From Trichomonas gallinae (taxonomy: Eukaryota): a stretch of DNA of 53,967 bases. The position numbers were made by a program, and so were the translations under genes. The notes beneath the pieces were generated by a model, which worked only from the letters and a program-made list of their open reading frames with translations, was not told the origin of the DNA and did no database searches. The DNA is taken from assembly GCA_008369845.1 (NCBI GenBank), contig MRSU01008991.1:1-53967 (forward strand), given 5' to 3'. Of this stretch, positions 44,076-53,967 are shown in pieces. Position 1 is the first letter of the stretch; each line of letters begins with the position of its first letter.

Positions 44076-45284
44076 TAAATTGTAAGATATAATATTACAT
44101 TGCTGGTGAGCTATTTCTCGCATTTAAACTTGTTTCTAGTATAATATTTTATAGTCGTAAATTTGTCGGCAATTCATATCTTGGAAGCTCACAATATGAT
44201 TCCATCCACTCATCTATTCATATTCTGCGATTAAATCTCGAAATAAACAAGAAAATGTTATCAAATTTTTCGCCATGATAACTATATTCTATCATCAGAC
44301 ATACTGGGTATTAATAAAACCTATCACAAATCCTTCCAAAATGCGTTTATTTGAATAATTATCTCGCCTCATCACTTTTGGGAATTCATATTATAAACAT
44401 AAGCTTCACTATTGACAATATTAAGGTTGTCATTAAGGAACGCCTCAAAGTCCGTTGTTTCAGTCAAAAACCTGCAATTTCCACTGAAAAAATTTCCGAT
44501 TATAAAAATCATCTTTCTCACTTGAAATCGAGCTGCTATCATGCAGATGTTTCTAGATATTAGTAATAAAATTAAAATAATTTTACACTTGAAATTATAA
44601 AAAGTCGATGGCTATCATCATTTATTTTTTCACCGGAATTGAAATACATATACATCACCATACATAAAAACGCCCTTAAAATTCCAAAAAAATTTAAAAA
44701 ATTTTATTCATGGAATATGATAGTATATCATTAGAGTAATCAATATAGGACAAAATGTAAACCCATTTTTTCAACAGGTTTTTGTTAAAAGACTTGTTGG
44801 AATTCAAGGATGACTACTACCTTACGATATATGGATGATTAAAAAATTTGTTCAGTCAAAAGTATCTATCACAAATTCTACGACTCATAATTTTTTTTCA
44901 CATTTAACTTCATTCAAAAAGCTTGTACGGAATAATACCCTTATTTCCATTCCAACAGTAAGATTAAAAATAAATGATTATCAATTGAAATTGAATAAAT
45001 TTCAAGTATGCAGATCTATAAGTCATAATGCTTGTAAATATCCCCTCTTCACAAAATTTTTAAATTGAAATTATTTAATAATTTATACATACAGTATACC
45101 GATTACTAATATTTAACTTTTAACGAGCAAACAAACGGTTTAAATACAAAAATTGAATAGTCGTTGCTGTTCTGAAGAAGAGATTTTTCTATGTGATTTT
45201 TAAATAGAATATTCAGCAAGTATATAGCATATGATGATTAACTAATTTTGTAAAAAAGTTTAACCGTTTTTTTAAAAAACACAA

Positions 45285-47288
45285 ATGTTTCTTTTTCTAC
45301 TTGGTATCGCTTTCACACCAGATCAACCAGTCGGAGACTGCGAATTCATAACAAATACTAAGCCAGCTCAGTTCATTAAAAAGTGTGCTGAGCCCGCTTT
45401 CAAATTAATTACAATTGGAGAAATCTACAAAAAATTAGGTATTGATAATGTTAATTATACTTTCCCATCCGATGCTTTTAGCTCAGATGAATTTGACACA
45501 GGAGCTTTGCAAACATATATTATCTCAATTGCCGGCTTCAGCGTTTTAATATTGATTTTGGTTATCATAGAAATCATTTTCTTCTGCTGCAGCCAGTGCT
45601 GGTCATGCTGCTGTTGCACACCAAAGAGGACAAAGAAATTCCAGTGGTTATGGGCCATCGTTCATCTTGGTTTCATTGCTATCATGCTCATTGCCATCAT
45701 TATATTCTTTGTCGCAGGAGGAAACTTCTCTGCCGGCGCCAGCAACCTTGCCAAGATTGGCTCTAAGTTTTCATTCTTCATTGACAATACAGTTAGCAAA
45801 GTTACAGGTTTTATCAACACTGCTGTTGGCCTCATCACCGGTCTTTTGGATTCCGCTATTAGTGCTTTCAGACTTTTCGTCAGCACAATTACGAAAATTA
45901 TTGATGACGTTAAAACCTCTGTAGAAACAGCTGTTACAAAATCACAAGAGGCATATGATTACTCTACCAACGGCCTTCAGTCAACAGCCGATGAAATCAA
46001 TACACAGTTCAAGACATGCTCTTCAACCAACAATAATCTTATAGATAACTCTAAGATCTCCAATTCTCTGAAGAATGTTAATGATGCTATGAAATCTTTT
46101 AAGGATAATATTAATGGTATTAAAGATATCAAAGATAAAATTGAAACTTCTATCACACAAGCAGAGGGCGATGTCAAGAAACAAGTCAATGACTTTAACC
46201 AGAGTCTTCAGAGTTCCATTAATAGCATCGATTTTAATAGTTTCAAGGATTCCGTCAATAGTATTGATCAAAAATACATGCAACCAGCTAAGAAGTACAT
46301 TAATCTTGTAATCTATATTGCTGTTGCCGTCCTTGTAGCAATTGTTGTTACATACGCCGTTATCTACTTCTTCTCCGGATGCTGCTGCCGCTGCCTCGCA
46401 ACTGCATTCCCAGCTTGGGGCCTCTTGTTTGCTATCTTGTTCGGTATTCCATCCATCGTCTTTAGCATCATCGTTGTACTATTTGGTGACATGTGCCCAC
46501 ATATTGAAACAATTGCAGATTCTTTCACCTCAGGTATGTTCGACAATGCTTCTGTTTCAGCTGCATTGTATTGCAATGGCCCAGACAAATCTCTTTACAA
46601 CCTCCTTGGTCTTGAGAATAAGTTCAGTGTCAGAAAGTACTTAGAAGAATTCCAGGATCAAATCAATGGCAAGCTTTCTCCTGTTAATGCTAGCCAAATT
46701 CTAGAAGCACTTAGTAAAGCTACAGATTTGAATGAAAGCTCGTTCACATTAGATGGACTTAAGGAAGCCATTGGACAGAAGCAAACTCTCAAAGACAAAA
46801 TTGATCAAATTCCAACCTGCAAGGCCAATACTCAATTACATACTAAAATTGATGAATACTTTGATAACGGATTAGATAAGGGCCTTAGTCCAAAGCTTAG
46901 TGATATGATGAACAGTGTTACTAAGTCAATTGCCTATTCTAGAGAGATTGCTCCAGCCATGTTGAATGCTACTAACTTTACGCAGCACTTAATTAGTGAT
47001 TTCATCATCGAGTTCAACGGTACAATTAACAATTTCTTGACCAATGATCTTACTTGCCAAGACCTTTGTGCTGTTTACTCTCCAATCAAGAATGCTATGT
47101 GCGCCAATGTTGTCAATGGTGGTGCCTTTTGGCTTATATCATGCTGCATTATGATCATTGGCTCTATTTGCGTTATGTTCTCCATCTGCAAGCGTAGGAA
47201 GGATATGAAGGCTGTCCAAGTCGAGGATGGCAGCGATTATTCTGAATCCAGCAGTACTAGCAGTAGCAGCAATAGGAGGAATGAGTAA
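45285..47288 (+). CDS. Pentaspan membrane protein, prominin-like
   Basis: Signal peptide plus 5 TM segments. Cys clusters follow TM1 (CCSQCWSCCCC) and TM3 (GCCCRC). Two large helical extracellular loops; CQDLCAVYSPIKNAMCANVVNGGAFW precedes TM5. Confidence 0.75.
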   Translation: MFLFLLGIAFTPDQPVGDCEFITNTKPAQFIKKCAEPAFKLITIGEIYKKLGIDNVNYTFPSDAFSSDEFDTGALQTYIISIAGFSVLILILVIIEIIFFCCSQCWSCCCCTPKRTKKFQWLWAIVHLGFIAIMLIAIIIFFVAGGNFSAGASNLAKIGSKFSFFIDNTVSKVTGFINTAVGLITGLLDSAISAFRLFVSTITKIIDDVKTSVETAVTKSQEAYDYSTNGLQSTADEINTQFKTCSSTNNNLIDNSKISNSLKNVNDAMKSFKDNINGIKDIKDKIETSITQAEGDVKKQVNDFNQSLQSSINSIDFNSFKDSVNSIDQKYMQPAKKYINLVIYIAVAVLVAIVVTYAVIYFFSGCCCRCLATAFPAWGLLFAILFGIPSIVFSIIVVLFGDMCPHIETIADSFTSGMFDNASVSAALYCNGPDKSLYNLLGLENKFSVRKYLEEFQDQINGKLSPVNASQILEALSKATDLNESSFTLDGLKEAIGQKQTLKDKIDQIPTCKANTQLHTKIDEYFDNGLDKGLSPKLSDMMNSVTKSIAYSREIAPAMLNATNFTQHLISDFIIEFNGTINNFLTNDLTCQDLCAVYSPIKNAMCANVVNGGAFWLISCCIMIIGSICVMFSICKRRKDMKAVQVEDGSDYSESSSTSSSSNRRNE

Positions 47289-47871
47289 GTATTTGTTAAT
47301 TAAATAAAAATTAAATGATTTAAAATCAACTCTTTCACAATTTTTTGAATGAGACTTTACGGATTTCTACAGAATGTTTTTTAGATTTTTCATAGATACC
47401 TGGCCTAACACTGATATTTGTGTGAGTAACAACTTCATATACAGCTGTTTCCCAACATTTCCATCGATTTATTTTTCTCCTAATCTTTATATTCGCCGAT
47501 TTTTCAATGTAATTCAATTTTGCTGATTTCGAAATTTTTTATTGATTTTTTCATCAAAAAATGTTTCATAATCATCCATAGATTCAATGGATATAAAAAT
47601 TAAATTCGATTTATTGACTGAATTGAAAAAATCAGCGGAATTTTATATAAAATACGAGCTATCCATATATAATAAGCCCCGTAATGAGCGTAAAAACTCG
47701 AAATGATGCTGATAGATTTGTAATTAAGTCGTTGCAGATCTTTTGAAATTTATTGAAATTTTAATATGTATGTTAGTTGCTGGTAACTAAGGCGACGATA
47801 AAACCTATATTTTGCGCTTCATGTTATAAAAAATGACAATTTATTTTATACAAAAAAATAATAACAAAATT

Positions 47872-48558
47872 TTATGAATTGTGGCGGTGCTTTTTGAGGT
47901 AACTTTTCAGGTGCTTGCGTATTTCTTCAATAGTTGATACAGAAAGCTTAGAAATTTCAATCTCATTTTCTCCGTTCTCGTTTATCGTTATATCTTTCTC
48001 ATTTCTCTTGATTATGCTGAATATTTGCGGTAATTCTTCTTTTGGGAGCTCATTAATAACGTGAACAATTTCTTCAAGTGTTTTAATGCTGTATGTCGTA
48101 ACTTTTGGCTTCCTGACAATCTGCCTGTAGGGGAGCTGGAACACTTTAGGAGAATCAGCTATTTGGCACTGTAAAGAGTCTTGAAGATTAAATACAGATT
48201 TACCCCATTTGCTGCTTGAATATAAACCAATGCCTATAGTTAACTTCTCGAATATATGATTTATTTCTCTGTTTAGCTTCTGACAAAGGGAAACTTCAAA
48301 TTCTGTGAGATTTTCGAGTTCCCAGTGCGGATATATAAGACTTTTCATTTCGCTTTGCCATTCTTCTTTGGTTTTATAAGAATATGACTTTAGTTTCTGT
48401 ATTATTTTATCAAAATTTGTATTATTGGAAACTTTGAAGGTGTGGCCACCTTTTTTGATGATAAGTTCCGTATCTACCCTCTGAAGGAATTCAATCAATG
48501 GATGTTTCCTTAATTCAAGAGTAATGCTCAGCAACTTTTCATTTTCATTTGGATTCAT
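47872..48558 (-). CDS. BET-like protein: degenerate bromodomain plus ET/NET domain
   Basis: The C-terminal INELPKEELPQIFSIIKRNE...EIEISKLSVSTIEEI fits the ET domain. NFDKIIQKLKSYSYKTKEEWQSEM fits bromodomain helices A/B. Start moved to MNPNE because an Inr TCACT lies ~12 nt upstream. Confidence 0.75.
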   Translation of the reverse strand: MNPNENEKLLSITLELRKHPLIEFLQRVDTELIIKKGGHTFKVSNNTNFDKIIQKLKSYSYKTKEEWQSEMKSLIYPHWELENLTEFEVSLCQKLNREINHIFEKLTIGIGLYSSSKWGKSVFNLQDSLQCQIADSPKVFQLPYRQIVRKPKVTTYSIKTLEEIVHVINELPKEELPQIFSIIKRNEKDITINENGENEIEISKLSVSTIEEIRKHLKSYLKKHRHNS

Positions 48559-49162
48559 TTTGAAAAGTGACAATATTTTTTTTCTTTTTTCTTCCGCCCA
48601 ACAAATTCGCTGTTTTTTTCCGACACCAGTCATATATATTTGATGTTGAAGCGAATAATAAGATAGTTTAAAAACAGTTCTATGAACATTCCCTATATAT
48701 AGTATTTGTTATTAGTTTTGTTTTTGAAATCATTTCGATTAAAAATTTTAATTAATACATTTTCGATATTTTAATATATTTATAAATATTTTAACCTACT
48801 AAGCATATATTTGATGTTTTTAAAAATTCGATACAATTAATATTAAATATTCAATAATATAATACATAAATGGGAATAATATCTAAATCATAAAGAGAAT
48901 TAGCGAATTACTTAATAATTTTTTGAGATATTAATCGAAAATGCTAATATTTCAAGATAATCAAAAAATGAAGCGAGGATTCTCAAAATAAGCTTGTTAA
49001 ATGATATGTAGCACAAACACTTTGACGCATTGTTTAATATATCAAATTCTTCACGTTACAATTCCCACTTTTTGCGTGTGAAAACTGTTGATGGACCTCC
49101 AAATAACCCAAAAATAACATCAATGAGGTTATTTTTTTAATTTTTTTTGTAAAATTTCGCGA

Positions 49163-52051
49163 ATGAGTGAGAATATGAATATCTCGGCGATTGTTCGTCA
49201 GAAGAACCCCGAGATGATTCAGATACTCAGATGCGATGATCTTATACCTGCATATAGGATGAAAACGCGGGAATTAATGAGTTTTCTCGTTAATGAGAAT
49301 TCTCTAAATTCAATTTTATCGATATTTCAAGAGACAATAGACCCAAACATTCTGTGCAGTATATCAGGGTTGTTTACGTCGACAAATACCTCGCTGCTCA
49401 AATTCCTTACTACAGATAAGCAATATACAGAAAAACTGTTAAATTTCCTAAACGACCAAGCAAATCCATATACTCCACGCATAGTTACTGCTACAATTAT
49501 TTTATCTTCCGCATTCAACTACTGGCCTCAAGAAATGACATCAATATTCGAATCATCGGAAAAAATTCTTCCAAGTCTAGTATCACATATAGAAAAGATG
49601 CCCATATATTCTTTTATATCGAATAATCTACTTAAATCGCCAGAACAAGAAGCTTTTCCATGGTTTATATATCTTTGCATCATGGATGAGCATGGACCAG
49701 GCGCAATCCGTCCTTTTCATATCAGATGGGACCGTAGTGATTACAAAAGAATCAACCCAGCACAGCGTTGTCGATCAATTGAACTACTTATTCAATTTTT
49801 CAAGACCTGTCCAAATCAATATGATTTTATGAAAATATTATCACAATCTCTTCCTCTTTTCTTGACAGACGCCACAGATGATATCGAAAAGTCGCTTGTT
49901 TTTAAACTCGGAATTTTATTAGACAAAAATGACGCGATTGTTAAATCTGCTACGAGTGTTGTCAACTCATACTCACATTCTTCTCCACTTCTTCAAAGCA
50001 CGCTTCAATACCTCGCACAAAAAGAAATCAAAATGAAAACAGACGATGTCGAAGTTCTTCTCTACAGATTTCTTCACCAATCATCACACAACAACATGCT
50101 ATCGAACACGATAATAAAAATCATTGGAAATTCAGTAATTGACGAGCCAGAATTGTGCGAATCTTTATCTCAAATCCTTTCTTACGCTTACAAGAATTTT
50201 TCGTCTTGCAGCAACCTGCTGATGAAAGGATTCAAGTTTGCGTGCTTCGAATCAATAGAAGGGAAATTAGATATTTTTAGCGACAGTTTTAACGAGAAAA
50301 TCACTAATAATTCCGTCAGTCTTTCCTACAACAAGAACTTCATTCAGGCGATAAAGAAGAAGAGCCAGAGACTCTCAGAGACAATATTTGACGCAAAAGT
50401 TCTGTGGGGAGAAAACTGCGCTGTTTTTTCCTGCAGTTTCCAGACTGTTTCAAGACTGGACCACTTGATTCAAAGAGTTAAGTCTCCAAGGGCCAGCAGG
50501 TCTAAGTCCCCAACAATCAAATTCAAAGGGGAGGACATAGGAAGCCCAAGAAGCGCGTCGAGAGACGACTCGGAACTACCCAAACCAGGAAAATCGAAAT
50601 CTATCAAAGTGACAAGAAAGAGGCGGACAAATTCAGAAGATCCAGATAGACAGCCTAACAGCGAGCCCCCTGTTAGAACATCAACCACTAGATTGATAGG
50701 CGATGGAGTTTTGTCAGCAATTAAAGCTCAGGCACAAAGTGAAGAAAATAAACCTCACCCTGTTATCCACTCAAGCAGCAGTGATGACGCTTTACTGTTC
50801 ACTCTTGAAGATGATCATATTTTCGATAATATTGACGTTGAATTCCCTCCTATTAAAAGTGACAAAGAGAAACCGAAAAGTGACAATAAAGAACGGTCTA
50901 AAAGTGACAGGGAGGGATCCAAAAGTGACAGAGAGGTATCTAAAAGTGACAGAGAAAGTGCTAAAATTGAAAGAGATCATAATAAAGGTGACAGAGAGGT
51001 ATCTAAAAGTGAGAATGAAAAATCTAAAGTTGATAAAACGGAACAGATAGAAATACAAAATGATGAGAATACAAAGACAGATAAAATAGAAGCGAGTGAG
51101 ACAATTGTTAACGATGATGATGAAATTATTATACAAAAGTCATCAAGTGTTAAAGTTCCACCAGCTCCACCTTTAGGACAGAATATACCGCACCGTCCAA
51201 CAGTTGGCTCTCCTCATTCAAAGAAACGCCCACCAGAAATCGACACAATGATTGACAAAGAACTTTATTCAACAGCTCCAACAATTACGATATCGCAGCC
51301 ACTCTCTATCAACCAGATCCAAGTCAGACCTCAACTATCTGTCTGCCCTGTGTCTTCTTTCGAGAATTTCTGTGTCGAGATGGAGTCAGAGTATTCACAG
51401 ACAGACACAGAATTCTCTGACAGAGGAGTCAACCCAGAAAAGAAGACATTAAAGCTTTCCATGGAGTTATTCGATCCACTGGGAGCAACAAAGGACCTGA
51501 TGCCTTCGCTGCAGCAGAGAAGACAAGAAGAAGTCAACAAGTCGCAGAAAACCATCATCATTTCTCACAAAATGCAGAACCCGATGAAGAAGCAGAAGAA
51601 TTTCATCTCACCGCAGAGTGCTGGACAAGGGGCGCCGCAAGCACAAGTCATATCTCCTCAGATAATGTCACAACAAATGCAAATGCAGCAGCAGATGCAG
51701 ATGCAACAAATGACTCCGCAGATGCAAATGCAGCAACAGATGCAACAGCAAATGCAGATGCAGTTGCAACAGATGATGCAGGCCGAAGATATTAGCGAAA
51801 TGTACCCAAGGTCGCCGCCATCAAGGCCACCTTACTTCCCTATGTACGATGACCAGACTATTGTAAACACGCCGCCGAAATTGGGGATGAAAGTGAAGTA
51901 CGATGATAAAGGAATTGTTCCTCCAAAGCTGCCGATGAACAGGAAAGGTGTGTGGGATGATGCTAAGATGGAGAGGAACCCAAGATCTAACGGTCCACCT
52001 CCACCAATTGTTCCTGTTAAGAGTCAGGCACACACGGAATTCCCGATGTAA
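49163..52051 (+). CDS. Hypothetical protein: helical N-terminal half (possibly SAPS/PP6R-like), low-complexity C-terminal half
   Basis: 962-aa ORF. ILRCDDLIPAYRMKTRELMSFL resembles the start of SAPS domains (LL.EDDLLQE.K..N.KL..FL). KSDRE and QM repeats lie downstream. Confidence 0.8.
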   Translation: MSENMNISAIVRQKNPEMIQILRCDDLIPAYRMKTRELMSFLVNENSLNSILSIFQETIDPNILCSISGLFTSTNTSLLKFLTTDKQYTEKLLNFLNDQANPYTPRIVTATIILSSAFNYWPQEMTSIFESSEKILPSLVSHIEKMPIYSFISNNLLKSPEQEAFPWFIYLCIMDEHGPGAIRPFHIRWDRSDYKRINPAQRCRSIELLIQFFKTCPNQYDFMKILSQSLPLFLTDATDDIEKSLVFKLGILLDKNDAIVKSATSVVNSYSHSSPLLQSTLQYLAQKEIKMKTDDVEVLLYRFLHQSSHNNMLSNTIIKIIGNSVIDEPELCESLSQILSYAYKNFSSCSNLLMKGFKFACFESIEGKLDIFSDSFNEKITNNSVSLSYNKNFIQAIKKKSQRLSETIFDAKVLWGENCAVFSCSFQTVSRLDHLIQRVKSPRASRSKSPTIKFKGEDIGSPRSASRDDSELPKPGKSKSIKVTRKRRTNSEDPDRQPNSEPPVRTSTTRLIGDGVLSAIKAQAQSEENKPHPVIHSSSSDDALLFTLEDDHIFDNIDVEFPPIKSDKEKPKSDNKERSKSDREGSKSDREVSKSDRESAKIERDHNKGDREVSKSENEKSKVDKTEQIEIQNDENTKTDKIEASETIVNDDDEIIIQKSSSVKVPPAPPLGQNIPHRPTVGSPHSKKRPPEIDTMIDKELYSTAPTITISQPLSINQIQVRPQLSVCPVSSFENFCVEMESEYSQTDTEFSDRGVNPEKKTLKLSMELFDPLGATKDLMPSLQQRRQEEVNKSQKTIIISHKMQNPMKKQKNFISPQSAGQGAPQAQVISPQIMSQQMQMQQQMQMQQMTPQMQMQQQMQQQMQMQLQQMMQAEDISEMYPRSPPSRPPYFPMYDDQTIVNTPPKLGMKVKYDDKGIVPPKLPMNRKGVWDDAKMERNPRSNGPPPPIVPVKSQAHTEFPM
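50855..51034 (+). repeat. 21-bp coding tandem repeat (KSDREVS-like, ~9 units)
   Basis: AAAAGTGAC-led units at 50855, 50876, 50900, 50921 and 50942; degenerate units at 50963, 50984, 51005 and 51026. Confidence 0.9.
51671..51781 (+). repeat. CAR/ATG low-complexity repeat encoding a Gln/Met tract
   Basis: QQMQMQQQMQMQQMTPQMQMQQQMQQQMQMQLQQMMQ. Confidence 0.9.
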
Positions 52052-52429
52052 TATTATGTTTGTAATTTTTATTTTATTAAAATATCTTGTATGTTTATAG
52101 TTATTCAATCAACGACTTTTAATGTCATTTTTTGTAACATCTATTTATTAATTGATTTGTGCTTTATTTATTATTATTAATTAATTGAAAGCATGTATGA
52201 ACAACAACGGATTATCTAAATCTTAAAGAATTGATAATATTCCTTTGTTATGATAAATTAAAGATGATTCAATCTACAGGGTTTGATGTTTCCTATTATA
52301 TATCTTCATTATGTATTCTTTTTATATTGAGATTTATGATGAGATTCTTGTGACAAATAAGTCTCAGTTTTTTTTAATGATGAATTGATAGAAACACAAA
52401 AGCTATTATTTAGTAACAAAACAAAAACA

Positions 52430-53467
52430 TTATATAATTCTGCACGGTCCACACTGCGATGTTCCTGGTACATCTGCTGCAGCGTGAAGAGCAAAAGGAA
52501 TATGAATACTCATAGCGGACTCTGATGCTTTGGGAAGCGAAGGAAGAGGTGAAAACTCACGGACTACGTTGGGCTTCAAGTATTCCCAATCGAAAGGCGT
52601 ACTCGGTGAAATAGAATTTTTCGCCATCGATTTTACAATAAGATCTTCGATTTGTTCGTAATTCGGACGCTCACCGAACTTCAGGAAGTTCAAGTGGCGC
52701 CATATATCAATGAACTCGCCAGGAAGCGAAGCAAATAAAGATCTTGGTGAAATTGTTAATTTCATTCGGTGAGTTCTTTCAAAATCACGTCCACTCAGCC
52801 ATGGAAGACGGCCATCGATGAGCTCGATCATAGAGTACATCCAGGAAATCAAATCATCGCGCCAAGAAAGATCTTTGTTCTCGTGTGCTGCAATCGACGC
52901 GTATTTCGATGTACCACGAAAGCCACAGTGAGTACGCTCAGGATATGGCCATCCTGTGGACGGATCAATGAATTCTCTCGATAATCCGTAGTCGATTAAA
53001 ACTAACGGGTTATTTGACCCTGGATTTAGCAGAAAGTTTCCAGGTTTTATGTCACGATGTATAAAACCGTGAGCGTGGAAATCTTTGATGCATCTCAACA
53101 TAAACAATCCGATTCTCAATGCAGAAGATAGAGTATAGTGGTGCTGCTGCAGTTGCCTGCGCGTATTTGATATCGATGGGCCGTAAAGGGACATAACTAG
53201 GTAGTTGTGTGTTGATGTTTCTCCGGAGTCATGATAGTGAGGAAATAGACTCGAATCTTGCAGCTTTTTCATTAGATTTGTTTCGAAATTGAGTCCTTGT
53301 TTGTCTGATTGATTTGATTCTACTTTCATAGCGAAAGTTTCACCAGTATCAACGTCAATAACAGCGTAGATATCGCCATAGCCACCCTGCCCGAGTAGAT
53401 TGATGATCGTGTAGTGCGCTATTTTGTCGTCGGCGTTGAAGAGGGTCCTGTCGCGTCGCGACGACAT
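52430..53467 (-). CDS. CK1-group (TTBK-like) Ser/Thr protein kinase
   Basis: LGQGGYGDIY, AMKVE, LVMSLYGPS, HRDIKPGNF, IDYGL, FRGTSKYASIAAH, RDDLISW. Start placed at MSSRR because AAAAGTGAC precedes it; an alternative ATG is at 53485. Confidence 0.95.
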   Translation of the reverse strand: MSSRRDRTLFNADDKIAHYTIINLLGQGGYGDIYAVIDVDTGETFAMKVESNQSDKQGLNFETNLMKKLQDSSLFPHYHDSGETSTHNYLVMSLYGPSISNTRRQLQQHHYTLSSALRIGLFMLRCIKDFHAHGFIHRDIKPGNFLLNPGSNNPLVLIDYGLSREFIDPSTGWPYPERTHCGFRGTSKYASIAAHENKDLSWRDDLISWMYSMIELIDGRLPWLSGRDFERTHRMKLTISPRSLFASLPGEFIDIWRHLNFLKFGERPNYEQIEDLIVKSMAKNSISPSTPFDWEYLKPNVVREFSPLPSLPKASESAMSIHIPFALHAAADVPGTSQCGPCRII

Positions 53468-53529
53468 TAGCCTGTCACTTTTCATATATCGATAAAGAAA
53501 TTTTGCGTGCCCCACTTTTTATAAAATTA

Positions 53530-53654
53530 TGACATGTAAAGTTATTTATGGCATGTATATTGTCAAAAATTATTAAATCTGCCGTGTAAACAATCAATAT
53601 TTCAATGAGTTTGGCATGTAAATAGTCAAAAATTCATTGAATTTGTCGTGTAAA
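53530..53654 (-). repeat. Cluster of five TTTACAYGNCA-type motifs upstream of the CK1 gene
   Basis: On the plus strand: TGACATGTAAA 53530, TGGCATGTATA 53549, TGCCGTGTAAA 53580, TGGCATGTAAA 53612, TGTCGTGTAAA 53644. Confidence 0.8.
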
Positions 53655-53967
53655 GATTTAAATCTTTTAATGAGTTTTATTAGAAAGGAATCTTTTCTTT
53701 TAATGCTCACTATATTGCCATCCTATATTTTTAATTTGGAGACTTTTTAGCAGTACTTTTTCGTCGGGCTATTTTTGCACATAATATATCAATAAATCCG
53801 ACTAAAAGATATATATGTGATAACAGCGCTATTATATTATGCTTTTGATACATAGAGAATTCTCTAGCTCTTGAAATGGGAACTTTGCCTTAAGGGGGTA
53901 GGTTTGAATAGTTTACATTTTTATACTTGTTTGCTTCCTAACGCCTCATAGTCGAGTATTAGCTAAA

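Overview
This is AT-rich, gene-dense eukaryotic DNA with uninterrupted ORFs, most likely from a trichomonad such as Trichomonas vaginalis. That assignment is inferred from initiator-like TCA(C/T)T and AAAAGTGAC elements just before ATGs, TAAA-type stops and the expanded kinase/Rab/BEACH content. I count 19 protein-coding genes. Confident calls: three CAMK-group kinases (two are tandem HCD paralogues), a CK1-group kinase, an S28 serine peptidase, an SGT1-like CS+SGS protein, a Rab GTPase, a VAMP7-like R-SNARE, a 2393-aa BEACH protein, a Pro/Gln-rich beta-helix protein and an Asp-box type II membrane protein. Weaker, by-eye homology calls: a pseudo-phosphodiesterase receptor, Med14-like, prominin-like, BET-like, SAPS-like, Tubby-like and two paralogous RasGAP/VPS9-like proteins, plus one small hypothetical protein. 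I found no tRNA, rRNA, CRISPR array or transposase ORF. The main unexplained non-coding structures are two long back-to-back hairpins at the window start followed by CTAG|T, and a clustered, periodically spaced intergenic motif TTTACAYGNCA. No searches were run, and I did not find a clear multi-gene novel system.
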